Shown here piece by piece: positions 48,923-58,541 of a DNA stretch of 64,000 nt. The notes below the pieces were generated by a model that was given only the letters and a program-made list of their open reading frames with translations, made no database searches and was not told the origin of the DNA. Position 1 is the stretch's first letter, and each line of letters starts with the position of its first letter. This DNA is from an uncultured Clostridia bacterium. Lineage in GTDB: Bacteria > Bacillota > Clostridia > Christensenellales > Borkfalkiaceae. The position numbers and the translations under genes were made by a program. The stretch is from positions 48,981-112,980 of the forward strand of contig CASESJ010000004.1 in assembly GCA_949290575.1 (NCBI GenBank). Direction: 5' to 3'.

Positions 48923-49261
48923 ATGAAAGAACAGAAAATGAGCTTATACCTCGTCATAGCAGAGAACATAAGGCGCAAGATTGCTGCGGGAGTGCTTACG
49001 GACGGCGACAAACTGCCCAGCTGTCGCGACTATGCGGCGGAACTGGGAGTAAACCCCAACACCGTGCAAAGGGCGTATACTCTGCTTGAGGAAGGCGGCG
49101 TTGTTTTTACCATAGCAAAGAAGGGCGTATTTGTTTCGAGCGGAAAAAAGATGCCCGAGCGCAGCCAGCTTGCGATTGCGAGAATTTCCGAGCTCAGGAG
49201 CGCGGGTTTTTCCAAACAGGAAATTCTGAACACGGTTGAGCTCGTTTTCAGACAGGACTGA
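48923..49261 (+). CDS. GntR-family (YtrA-like, short) transcriptional regulator
   Basis: LPSCRDYAAELGVNPNTVQRAY winged-HTH, 112 aa. Confidence 0.85.
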   Translation: MKEQKMSLYLVIAENIRRKIAAGVLTDGDKLPSCRDYAAELGVNPNTVQRAYTLLEEGGVVFTIAKKGVFVSSGKKMPERSQLAIARISELRSAGFSKQEILNTVELVFRQD

Positions 49262-49284
49262 AAATTCGAGATATTTTATTTAAA

Positions 49285-49315
49285 AGCCCCGCGCGGATAC
49301 TCCGCGCGGGGCTTA
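49285..49315 (+). terminator. GC-rich hairpin terminator
   Basis: AAGCCCCGCGCGG/CCGCGCGGGGCTT 13-bp stem. Confidence 0.65.
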
Positions 49316-49572
49316 AATTATTTTTATGCAATGCTGCACCCGAACGACAGTCGCCTGAACAAAAAAAGGCTATTTTATTTAATTTCGGGTTCAATCAAAG
49401 CGGCGTTATTTTATCAGTTATAGTGCGATGTTTTATAATTTAATGAATTATAGTTGTAATTTAATATTTTATAATTAATTTTAAAATCAGCGCGCTATCG
49501 GTTTAAATTTTCGGGTTACTTCTCATAAATTCCGCGCAAATTCCCCGTTCCGTGCAAAGCCGCAAGGCGGGT

Positions 49573-50727
49573 TTATAAGCTTTTGCGTATAGACGAGACG
49601 ACTTGTGCGAGAATGTGAGCCGCGCGCTCGGCTTCTTGGGGAGTGTTTTCCCTGCCGAAGGAAAATCTCACTCCGCCGCGCACGAGGTCCTCGCTCAGAC
49701 CCATAGCCGACAGAACGTGCGAAGGCGTAGTCGCACCCGAAGAGCAAGCCGCGCCCGTCGACGCAGCCACGCCCTGCATATCGAGCAGCATGACAACGTT
49801 CTGTCCGTCGCAGCCGCCAATGCTCATATCGCTGTGGGAGGGCAATCTTCGGGCATTTGCGCCGTTTATGCGCACGCCCTCGCACAGCTTCAGAACGCAG
49901 CTTTCAAAGCTGTCGCGAAGAGACGAGACGTACGCATTGACTTTTTCTGAGTTATTCTGAGACATTTTCAACGCCTCGGCAAGCCCGACTATTGCGGGAG
50001 TATTGATAGTTCCGCCGCGCAGTCCGCGCTCCTGATGACCGCCGCACATCTGCGGATCGAAGCGCACACCCGACCTTATGCGGGCTACGCCGACGCCCTT
50101 GGGTCCGTTGAATTTATGTGCGGAAATCGCCCAGCCGTCCGCGGGAAAGAGTTCGAACGGCAGCGCGCCTGCCGACTGAACACAGTCGCACCAGAGGTAC
50201 GCGCCCGCAGCGTGAACGCGCTCATAAATTTCCCTTATGGGCTGTATTGCGCCCGTCTCGTTGTTAGCCGACATCACGGCAACGAGCACGGTATCGGGGC
50301 GAAGAGCTTTTTCCACGCTCTCGGGGCGGATTACGCCGTCGCCGTCGGGCATAACCAAAGTTATTTCATAGCCGAATTTTTTAAGGCTGAACGCGCTTTC
50401 AAGCACGGCTGGGTGCTCGATGGCAGAAACTATTATGTGCTTTCCCCTGTCGGCGTTGGCGAGACTTATGCCCTTTATGCCGAGGTTGTCCGCCTCCGTG
50501 CCGCCGCTCGTAAAGTAAATTTCTTTCGAGGCAACGCCAACGGCGCGCGCGACCTCGTCGCGCGCGCAGGTAAGCGCGTTTGCCGCCTCGCGCCCGAAAC
50601 AATGCTGCGAGGAGGCATTTCCGAAGACGTCCGTAAAATAGGGCGTCATTTTTCTGAATACCTCGGTATCGAGCGGCGTTGTTGCCGCGTGGTCGAGGTA
50701 AATTTTATCACTTCGATAAGCAGTCAT
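49573..50727 (-). CDS. nifS: Cysteine desulfurase (NifS/IscS class V aminotransferase)
   Basis: SAHKFNGPKG PLP-lysine and GAACSSG active-site Cys loop. Confidence 0.9.
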   Translation of the reverse strand: MTAYRSDKIYLDHAATTPLDTEVFRKMTPYFTDVFGNASSQHCFGREAANALTCARDEVARAVGVASKEIYFTSGGTEADNLGIKGISLANADRGKHIIVSAIEHPAVLESAFSLKKFGYEITLVMPDGDGVIRPESVEKALRPDTVLVAVMSANNETGAIQPIREIYERVHAAGAYLWCDCVQSAGALPFELFPADGWAISAHKFNGPKGVGVARIRSGVRFDPQMCGGHQERGLRGGTINTPAIVGLAEALKMSQNNSEKVNAYVSSLRDSFESCVLKLCEGVRINGANARRLPSHSDMSIGGCDGQNVVMLLDMQGVAASTGAACSSGATTPSHVLSAMGLSEDLVRGGVRFSFGRENTPQEAERAAHILAQVVSSIRKSL

Positions 50728-51589
50728 AAATCTCCTGCAGAGCGTTCATCCGATCAGTCAGAGCGATATATTCTCTGCCGATTTCCGTACGGGAATTGTC
50801 GCGATTGAGGCGCACTCTGCGCGCCGCAATATTGAGAAAGCGCGCCATGAACGCCAGCACGATTAACGCTATAAAAGCCAGACCGCCGAACACGGCAGTC
50901 AGCACTATAAACCTGCCCGTGGTATCCGAATACATCATGGTTGAAAAACAGCACGCAAGCACCAGAAATACCGCAAAGGGCAGGGCGGCGAATAAAAATC
51001 TTACAAAAGCTTTCTTCCTCGCCGCAAGAAAGACAGTTGCGCGCTCGGACTTTTTCTCTTCGTTGACCCTTCCGACCTCTTCAGCCTGAGCCCTCAACTG
51101 AGCTATCATGCCCTTGAGTTCAGAGCCCGCGCGGGCACAGAGCTCCTCGCGGCAGGACGGAGACGAAAACCTTGCGACCTGTCTTGCAGCTTTTACGGCT
51201 TCGGGCAGAATTTTGTCGGCATAATCGGAAAAATCGCTCGTGTACGCCTCGAGCCTGAGCGCGCACAGCTCGCCGTCCGAAGGGCATATCTCCTGCGCCT
51301 TAACTATGCTTTCGAGCGCGGTCGAATACCTCGCGTTGGCGACTTCTTCCCTCGCGTTCTGCGTAAGCGCGGTGAACTTTTCGCCCATCTCCTCGGTCAG
51401 GGGAGCGTCTTCGCCGCCGTAAAAGAGTTCCGCTTCGGATGCGGCTTCGTCAAAGGATATCTCCGCCTCTTCGTGCACGCTGTCCTCACCCTCGCCCTCG
51501 TCAATGACCAGTTCCTCTTCGCCCTTTTCATTGATGCGGAAGCGATATTTTTTGTCCTTGTCGTCGTCTATAAGTCTCTCTTCAGCCAT
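50708..51589 (-). CDS. Hypothetical membrane protein with acidic N-terminal region
   Basis: Two TM helices near the C-terminus. No motif recognised. Confidence 0.55.
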   Translation of the reverse strand: MAEERLIDDDKDKKYRFRINEKGEEELVIDEGEGEDSVHEEAEISFDEAASEAELFYGGEDAPLTEEMGEKFTALTQNAREEVANARYSTALESIVKAQEICPSDGELCALRLEAYTSDFSDYADKILPEAVKAARQVARFSSPSCREELCARAGSELKGMIAQLRAQAEEVGRVNEEKKSERATVFLAARKKAFVRFLFAALPFAVFLVLACCFSTMMYSDTTGRFIVLTAVFGGLAFIALIVLAFMARFLNIAARRVRLNRDNSRTEIGREYIALTDRMNALQEIYDCLSK

Positions 51590-51591
51590 AT

Positions 51592-52455
51592 TCAGCCCCT
51601 CTTTGGAATGTATGTTTTAACCTGCAACGCGCGGCAGTTCCCGCGGTATCGGCTGCGCGCGTAGGACGCAAAGCTGTCGTTTTCGAACAGCGCGTAGACG
51701 CAGCTGCCCGAGCCCGTCATATTGACGCCCAGAGGCGCAAATTCATTGAGCTCCGACGCCGCCTCGCTCACCTCGGGGTTGAGCGTCTGTGCGGCGGCGA
51801 AAAGCCCGTTAGACAGAGCCGCGCCCAGCGCAGACTTGTCTCCGCTTAAAAGCGCGCTTTCAACCCTGTCGCTTGCAGGCGGCAGGGCGGGCATATTGTC
51901 GCTCGTCGCGTAGCACTGCCCCGTCGAGACGCCGCTTTTTGGCAACAGCAGCAGCAAGTCGAGTTTCAGACGGCAGTCGAGCTGTCCGACGAGCTGTCCC
52001 CTGTCTTTAATGCGGGCATATCCCCCGCCCAACATGTAGCCCGTGTCGCTGCCGGTGGCGTCGGCAATGTCCTTAAGTCCGTCGTAATCGTCAACTTTGT
52101 GCAGAGCCGCAAGCGCGTTCAGAACGCCCGCCGCGTCCGCCGAAGAGCCGCCCAGTCCCGCACCCATGGGTATGTTTTTATCAATATATATATCCGCGCC
52201 GCACACGCCGTATTTTTGTATGAAAAGCCCCGCGGCGATTGCGGCATTGTTGGTCTCTGAAGGAATGGTTTCGCTGCCCATTCCGCGCATGTACACATTT
52301 ACGAGCTTGTCCTTTTTGCGCTTGCAGACTTTGACGACGTCGTACAAGTCGATATTTGTAACAACGCTGTCTATCATATGATAGCCCGCCCTCACGCCGA
52401 GGATATCGAGGCTCAGATTGATTTTTGCATAAGTTTTTACGCGGATGGTGTCCAT
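51592..52455 (-). CDS. ispE: 4-diphosphocytidyl-2-C-methyl-D-erythritol kinase
   Basis: KINLSLDILG and the GHMP motif PMGAGLGGSSADAA. Start set to MDTIRV. Confidence 0.9.
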   Translation of the reverse strand: MDTIRVKTYAKINLSLDILGVRAGYHMIDSVVTNIDLYDVVKVCKRKKDKLVNVYMRGMGSETIPSETNNAAIAAGLFIQKYGVCGADIYIDKNIPMGAGLGGSSADAAGVLNALAALHKVDDYDGLKDIADATGSDTGYMLGGGYARIKDRGQLVGQLDCRLKLDLLLLLPKSGVSTGQCYATSDNMPALPPASDRVESALLSGDKSALGAALSNGLFAAAQTLNPEVSEAASELNEFAPLGVNMTGSGSCVYALFENDSFASYARSRYRGNCRALQVKTYIPKRG

Positions 52456-52563
52456 AGAAAAATTATACCACGTCGCGGCTGTGTTTTCAATTATTTGCAT
52501 AAAAAATTTGCCGCGGCGCGCAAAAACAGCGCGCCGCGGCGACTAAATTCAATGAAAATTTTT

Positions 52564-54054
52564 TCAGCCCGTCTTTATGCGATAGATTAAAAGGCGTTCC
52601 TTGCCCGTGAGAGGATATTTTATGTCAGGGTTAGCCGAGGCGAGCTCGTCGGGCGGACAATTGAGCTTTCTGGCGGCGTCCCAGAGCCCGTCGCCGCGCG
52701 AGGGAATGAGCACGCTTATAGCACCGTCCGAAGGCTGCAAGGCGTCGCCCTCTTCCAAAGACGAGAGGTATTCCGCCTGAGTTTTTCTCATATAGCAGAC
52801 AGAAATTTTTAAAAGAGCTTCGCCCTCCGCCTGACCCTCTACGGGCTGTTTTACGCTCACGCCGCAGACGGCTGCGCTGACAGAGATTTCGTCGCTGTCG
52901 GGCGCGCCTACGCGCACGGCAAAGGGAATTTTTATTTCCGAGGAGCGGATTTCTCCGCCCTGTTCGTATATGAGAACGGCATTCGCGCTGCCTTCTACAG
53001 CTCCGCTTGCGCGGCAGTATTCATACTCTGCCGAGGGCAGAGCCACCGCGAGGAAACGGCAGGTGAAGTCGAGCTTCGCGCTCGTCGCCGCCGCGGAAGA
53101 TATGCGCTCGGAGAAGAGTTTTCTCTCGCCCACGCAATCGAAAGTTTCGCTCTCTTTTGTCGCGATAAGCCTGTTTTCGCAGCTGAACGCGTCGCAGGGC
53201 AGGGGCACTTCGCTCTTTAGAACAAAACTGCCGCTGACTGCGAGAGTGCAGGAAAATTCCACCCTGCATTTACCCCTTTCGCCGTCGACCGTGGCATTTA
53301 CTGTCATGTCGCGCACTTCGGCGTTCACAAGCGGCAACGCACCCGCGGGGCTGTCTTCGCAGGCGACTGTGCACCTGAACGGTATGACCCTCTCCATGCT
53401 GGCGGGCGAGGAACGGCGCATTGCGAGCATTGAAAGATTTATGTCGCCCGACACGTTTATTTCGCCCGTGCCGCACTCCGCCGAGGTAACTATTGCCGAG
53501 GCGGCGGGCAGAAGTATATCCTCCACGCCGTCGGCGTCGAAGTCGTCCTCAACCTCGCACTCGCCCGAAAAGGTTATTGAGGAGCAGAGCTCTGCCGACC
53601 GCGTTTTGAGATACGCGCCCTCGCAGGCGGATATATAGGTGCGTTCTGCAGGGGCGAAGACGGATATCTGCGCCGTGATTATCGCGCTGACCACAAAGGA
53701 CGAACCTTCGCGGCGGACGTTCGTCTTGTCGCAGGACAGCGCGCAGACCGCCGTCTGTGCGGGGGCGAGGTTGTCGTTGTCGCAGAAGTGGGAAAATTCA
53801 GCCCCCTTCTGAATGCGGCACATCTTGCCTTCCTCGTCTGCGTAGACGAGAGTGATTATGAGTTTTCCGCTGTAATTTACCCTGCCGGAAGCCACTTCGC
53901 AGGTCAGAAGGCTGACCTGAGGGCATACCGCCAGAACTTCGCCCGCGAACTCGGACGCGGTGAATTTTGTCTCCGCCACCGACTGCGGTGTGAGAGCGGC
54001 GACCTGCCTCGTATATGCGAGAGAACTTGTTTGGGGCTTTATCATATTTTGCAC
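52564..54054 (-). CDS. DUF3794-repeat protein with C-terminal LysM domain (spore-coat/cortex-associated type)
   Basis: The C-terminal LysM-like segment is LWDAARKLNCPPDELASANP. Repeated beta-rich modules. Confidence 0.65.
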   Translation of the reverse strand: MQNMIKPQTSSLAYTRQVAALTPQSVAETKFTASEFAGEVLAVCPQVSLLTCEVASGRVNYSGKLIITLVYADEEGKMCRIQKGAEFSHFCDNDNLAPAQTAVCALSCDKTNVRREGSSFVVSAIITAQISVFAPAERTYISACEGAYLKTRSAELCSSITFSGECEVEDDFDADGVEDILLPAASAIVTSAECGTGEINVSGDINLSMLAMRRSSPASMERVIPFRCTVACEDSPAGALPLVNAEVRDMTVNATVDGERGKCRVEFSCTLAVSGSFVLKSEVPLPCDAFSCENRLIATKESETFDCVGERKLFSERISSAAATSAKLDFTCRFLAVALPSAEYEYCRASGAVEGSANAVLIYEQGGEIRSSEIKIPFAVRVGAPDSDEISVSAAVCGVSVKQPVEGQAEGEALLKISVCYMRKTQAEYLSSLEEGDALQPSDGAISVLIPSRGDGLWDAARKLNCPPDELASANPDIKYPLTGKERLLIYRIKTG

Positions 54055-54100
54055 TCCTTGTTTTGTTACAAGGTATAATATGCCCCGCGGCTGGCAATTA

Positions 54101-54346
54101 TTACTTGTTGTCCCTGATAATTCTCACTCTGCCGCAGAGAATTTCGGAATAGGAAAAGGACGTCTTGCCTATGAAGTTGGCATCCTCGGGCTGAACGGTG
54201 AAGATTGAGGGATATATGCCCGAAAGCGTTGCGGGATAGCTGACGAATTTATTTCTGCCGAGGTTGAGTTTTACGATTATGCGGTTATTGCTCAGTTCGC
54301 GCACGCACTGCTTTATTGAACTTATTGTGTTATCTGCCTTTATCAT
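54101..54346 (-). CDS. veg: Veg protein (DUF1021)
   Basis: IVKLNLGRNKFVSYPATLSGIYPSIFTV...SFSYSEIL pattern. Start trimmed to MIKADN. Confidence 0.8.
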   Translation of the reverse strand: MIKADNTISSIKQCVRELSNNRIIVKLNLGRNKFVSYPATLSGIYPSIFTVQPEDANFIGKTSFSYSEILCGRVRIIRDNK

Positions 54347-54422
54347 AATATAATTATTGACAGAAAAAGGAAAAAAATGCGCCGTGCGCAAAAAGCGCAC
54401 GGCGCATGTATTTTTAACTTAA

Positions 54423-54932
54423 TCAGAACAAGTCGTCGTCATCGTCGTCGTCATCCTCATCGTCGTCTTCGAACTCCTCGTCCTCGAGGTCGGAAAGCGA
54501 ATCGACGTCCTCTTCGAAGAAGTCGTCGGCGTTCTCTTCGCTCTCTTCTTCCTCGTCGTCCTCACCGTCGAGGTCCTTTTTGAGCTCCTCTTCCAAATCC
54601 TCGTCGTCGATTGTCAGATCGTCCATATCGTCGTCGAGATAGCTCTTCCACTCCTCGTCCTTCTCGGGGTCAATCTCCTCTTCCTCGTCATACTCCGACT
54701 TGCGGCGGCAGGCTTCGCACATCTTTTCGCCGTAGCGCATGCGGTTGACGCCACATACGGGACAGAGTTCGGTGTTCTCCGCTTCGAGAGCTTCATCCAG
54801 CTCCTCATCCTCGAGGTCGGCAAACTGAAGTTTGTTGCCCTTCATCTCGGCTATGCACACGTCGCAGTATTCCTGCTTGTCGGCGTCTATATAGTTGAGC
54901 TCGCACCTCGGACATTTGATATATCTTACCAT
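54423..54932 (-). CDS. Zinc-ribbon protein with extremely acidic C-terminal half
   Basis: CPRC...CDVC and CPVCG...CEAC pairs, then about 90 aa dominated by D/E and ending DDDEDDDDDDDDLF. Confidence 0.65.
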   Translation of the reverse strand: MVRYIKCPRCELNYIDADKQEYCDVCIAEMKGNKLQFADLEDEELDEALEAENTELCPVCGVNRMRYGEKMCEACRRKSEYDEEEEIDPEKDEEWKSYLDDDMDDLTIDDEDLEEELKKDLDGEDDEEEESEENADDFFEEDVDSLSDLEDEEFEDDDEDDDDDDDDLF

Positions 54933-55095
54933 ACGATTTTCTCCCGTTCACATACAAAATAATCAGCACTGCTGTTCGGTGCTAACATTATATTAATATT
55001 TATTGCGTTTGTAAACTGTTTTATAAGAATAATTGCACGGTTTTTAAAATTTATTCGCGCGCCCCGCCCGCGAGCGGGCAGGGCGCGCAGACAGG

Positions 55096-55425
55096 TCATT
55101 CGTATTCGCCCGTATCCCGCCTGCCGTCGCCGCATTCCCCGACGAAGGGCGGCGGACAACAATTCTTTTCCCGCCGCGGCGGGCATTTGTCGCGTTTTTC
55201 TTCGCGTCTGACTAAAATTACGTCCTCGCCTATCTTGGTTACGGCTGCAATGGGAATGAACTCCTCCTGCCGCACGAACCTGAAGCCCTTGCCGCCCGTC
55301 ACCGTAAAGCCCTTTATGCGGTTTTCGGGGTAAAGAAATATCAGGTCGCACACTCTGCCGAGGTTTTTTCCGTCGTTGAGACAGACCACGTCCAGCTTTT
55401 TTATGACATTATACGAAAGTTCCAT
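55096..55425 (-). CDS. ylmC: YlmC/YmxH-family sporulation protein (PRC-barrel)
   Basis: VVCLNDGKNLGRVCDLIF...IKGFTV...IGEDVILV. Confidence 0.8.
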   Translation of the reverse strand: MELSYNVIKKLDVVCLNDGKNLGRVCDLIFLYPENRIKGFTVTGGKGFRFVRQEEFIPIAAVTKIGEDVILVRREEKRDKCPPRREKNCCPPPFVGECGDGRRDTGEYE

Positions 55426-55491
55426 AGTATAATGTTATGCGGCGGGCAACTGATAGTTGCCCGCCGCATTAAAAGTGTTATTCAGAATTTT

Positions 55492-56061
55492 TTAGATTAC
55501 GGATGCGAAATAGTCCACCATGCTGCGAAGAGGGTTATTCTCGTACAGCCAGTCGAGCTTTAACACGCTGTTTTCAAACGCATCGGTAACCTGCTGCGCG
55601 CTCTCGCCGCCCACCCAGTAGATTATCTGGAAAACTATGAGCCCGAGCATGAATGCGACAGCCACCATTAAAGCCATGCCGAGAAGCTTGTTTATGACCT
55701 TGAAAACGGGGTTGTTTATTTCCATCACGCCCGCAATAATCTTGACAATTATAATGCGCAAAATCTGAATGACTATGAACATTACGATGCAGAGAACTAT
55801 GACTTCGAAGTGAATATTAATAAGGAAATCGGTAAATACGTTGTTGCCGGCAGACACACTGTCCTTGAGCTTTACGAGCAGGTCGTTTACGAAAGACCAA
55901 TCGGATACGACGCCGTAAAGGAAATAGCATACTATTATCGAAATGATTATGCCGAAAATACCGCCGGTGAAAAACCTGAGACCGCCGGCGAAGCCCGCTA
56001 TAAGTCCTAAAAGAAGAGCAACCGCGAGAACTGCGACGGCTATCCAATCGGCCAGAAGCAT
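55492..56061 (-). CDS. CvpA-like 4-TM membrane protein (tentative)
   Basis: The hydrophobic profile and N-terminus resemble the CvpA family. Confidence 0.35.
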   Translation of the reverse strand: MLLADWIAVAVLAVALLLGLIAGFAGGLRFFTGGIFGIIISIIVCYFLYGVVSDWSFVNDLLVKLKDSVSAGNNVFTDFLINIHFEVIVLCIVMFIVIQILRIIIVKIIAGVMEINNPVFKVINKLLGMALMVAVAFMLGLIVFQIIYWVGGESAQQVTDAFENSVLKLDWLYENNPLRSMVDYFASVI

Positions 56062-56393
56062 CAGAACTACCTCCCTGTCTGTTTATGCGCTTTATATTAT
56101 ATCACGCTTTAAGGCAAATTGTAAATAATTATTACAAAAATTTTTTGCATTACCTTAATTTTCCGTCTTTGACGCCCGAAAGGCGAAAAAACGCCGCACA
56201 AAACAGTACATTTATTGCCAGAATTTCCCTCATATACACATTTCAAAGGTCGTCAAATTCATTTAGAACGCAGAAAATTCATCTCACGTTGCCCTCCGCC
56301 GCCCTCGTGCGCGCCGAAGTACAGGCTTTGCCGCCACGAAATTCCCGTCCCGGCACGGCTGACAAGGGGTTATACACAAGCGCAATCCCCGTA

Positions 56394-58472
56394 TCAGTCG
56401 GATGAAGGCGCACCCGCCTTAAGGAAGTACTGCTGACTGTCCAGCGGCGGCTGCCCCTCTACGGGACGGTACTTGCCGTCCGCACACAGCCTTTTTGCCC
56501 TGACGTTGTCGCGCAGCATCGTTTCGAGAATGTTTATAATTTTTTCCTCTATGCCCTTATCGAGTACGGGCGCGGCGATTTCCACGCGCTTATCGACGTT
56601 GCGCGTCATCAGGTCGGCGGAGGAAATATACGTTATTCTGTCCCTGCCCCTGCCGAAGGAATACACCCTGGAATGTTCTAAAAACCTGCCGACGATGCTT
56701 ATGACGGTTATATTTTCCGTCCTGCCCTCGACCTCGGGCAGAATACAGCATATGCCGCGCACTATGAGGCGTATGCGCACGCCTGCGCCGCTCGCCTCGC
56801 ACAGTTTATCTATTATGACCTTGTCTGTAAGGCTGTTCATCTTTGCAAGTATGAACCCGCCCTTGCCCGCCTTTGCCCGTTCGGTTTCGCGGTCTATGCA
56901 GGCGATAAGCCCGCTCTTGAGCGTTTCGGGCGCGACCAGCAGCTTTTTGTACCTGAAATCAGTGTTGCAGATGGCTATGTTGCGGAAGAATGCCGCAGCG
57001 TCCTCGCCGATTTCCCTGTCAGAAGTTATAATGTTGAGGTCGGTGTACTGTTTGCTCGTGGCTTCGTTGTAATTGCCCGTGCCGAGGTGAGTTATGTAGC
57101 TTATGCCCTCTTCGCCCTGCATCACGACAGAGATTATCTTGGAATGCACCTTGAAATTTTCCATTCCGTATATAATGGTACAGCCCGCCTCCTGAAGTTT
57201 GCGCGCGAAGTACATGTTGTTCTCCTCGTCGAAGCGCGCGCAGAGCTCTATGACGACGGTCACGAGCTTGCCGTTCTCGCTCGCGCGGCAGAGAATATCC
57301 GCAATGCGCGAGTGGTGCGCGAGGCGATAGATGGTTATGGCTATCGAGCTCACTCTGTTGTCGCGCGAACACTGCTCCAAAAGGTCCTCGAGCGGCGTCA
57401 TTGCGTCGTACGGATAGGAGAGAAAGATGTCGCGCGAGAGCACTTCGTCTATTAAAGAGGGACACGCGGCAAGTTTTTCGTCCACCGCGCCCCTGAAGGG
57501 TCTGTATTTAAGCTCTGCCGCCAGCTCTGCGGGCAGGAATTTTTCGAGCGAAAAGAGAAATTTATAATCGAAAACCCTCTTGTCGTAAAAACAGAACTCG
57601 GGCGGAATTTTTATGAGTTTGAGCACGAACTCTTTAAGCCTGCTCTCCTCCTTGTCGAGCTCGACGCGCACTATGTTCATTCTCGCGCGCGAGGCGACTT
57701 TGCTCTTCATTATCTGCGAGAAGTCGTGCTCGACGTCGCTGTCGTCTATAAACGTATCGAAATCGGCGTTGCGAGTGACGCGCATGAGCATGCTGTCCTT
57801 GACGTCGTATCCCGTAAAAGCCGTGTGCCCGAATGAGCGCACAAGCTCTTCGAGCGTGACGAGCCTTATGTTCTCGCCCGAGCCAATGCGGTAAATTTTG
57901 GGCAGATTGTCGTTGAGAGCCATTACTCCCACCATTCGTCTGTCGCCCCTTACGAGGTCAAAGAGCATATAGTTGCGCTTGTTTTCAAACTGCATCATGG
58001 GGTGCTTTGCGTCGAGCACCATCATTGAAAGCATGGGCAGTATGTTGTTTTTAAAGAGGTTTTCGCACTCCTTGATGCGCTTGGGCGAAAGGCGCGCGAC
58101 CTTGACAATGCGCACCCCTCGCTCCGAAAGAGCCTTATTGAGCGCGACATAGCAGGCAGAGCGCGCAGAGTAATATTCCCTTACGACCTTGCTTATGCCG
58201 TCGAGCTGTTTTTGCGCCGTCAGTCCCGTTTTATTTTCCTTCTCCTGCGGATCGGAGATGAGTTCGTTGTACAGACTGCCCACTCTGACCATAAAAAACT
58301 CGTCGAGGTTGGAGGCGGAAATTGCGAGAAACTTCGCCCTTTCGAGCAGGGGATTTGTCTCGTCCGAAGCCTGTTCAAGCACGCGGTTATTGAAGAGCAG
58401 CCAGCTGTATTCTCTGTTGACGTAAATGCCTTTTATGAAAGATTTTTTGATTTTGCCCTTTTGACAAGCCAT
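56394..58472 (-). CDS. ppk1: Polyphosphate kinase 1
   Basis: NREYSWLLFNNRVLEQA...NPLLERAKFLAISASNLDEFFMVRV, 692 aa. Confidence 0.95.
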   Translation of the reverse strand: MACQKGKIKKSFIKGIYVNREYSWLLFNNRVLEQASDETNPLLERAKFLAISASNLDEFFMVRVGSLYNELISDPQEKENKTGLTAQKQLDGISKVVREYYSARSACYVALNKALSERGVRIVKVARLSPKRIKECENLFKNNILPMLSMMVLDAKHPMMQFENKRNYMLFDLVRGDRRMVGVMALNDNLPKIYRIGSGENIRLVTLEELVRSFGHTAFTGYDVKDSMLMRVTRNADFDTFIDDSDVEHDFSQIMKSKVASRARMNIVRVELDKEESRLKEFVLKLIKIPPEFCFYDKRVFDYKFLFSLEKFLPAELAAELKYRPFRGAVDEKLAACPSLIDEVLSRDIFLSYPYDAMTPLEDLLEQCSRDNRVSSIAITIYRLAHHSRIADILCRASENGKLVTVVIELCARFDEENNMYFARKLQEAGCTIIYGMENFKVHSKIISVVMQGEEGISYITHLGTGNYNEATSKQYTDLNIITSDREIGEDAAAFFRNIAICNTDFRYKKLLVAPETLKSGLIACIDRETERAKAGKGGFILAKMNSLTDKVIIDKLCEASGAGVRIRLIVRGICCILPEVEGRTENITVISIVGRFLEHSRVYSFGRGRDRITYISSADLMTRNVDKRVEIAAPVLDKGIEEKIINILETMLRDNVRAKRLCADGKYRPVEGQPPLDSQQYFLKAGAPSSD

Positions 58473-58541
58473 AATATTCTCCGTTTTATGTGTCCTGCGC
58501 TCTGTTAAAGGTTACTGTCCTGCGCTCTTGCAAAGCCGACT

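Noticed and set aside
49320-49500. AT-rich patch with TTATAAT/TTATAGT-like words between the convergent gntR and nifS genes
   Set aside because: I could define no ORF, inverted terminal repeats or structured element, so it is probably just a convergent-terminator spacer. It could be a decayed remnant, but there is no evidence for that.
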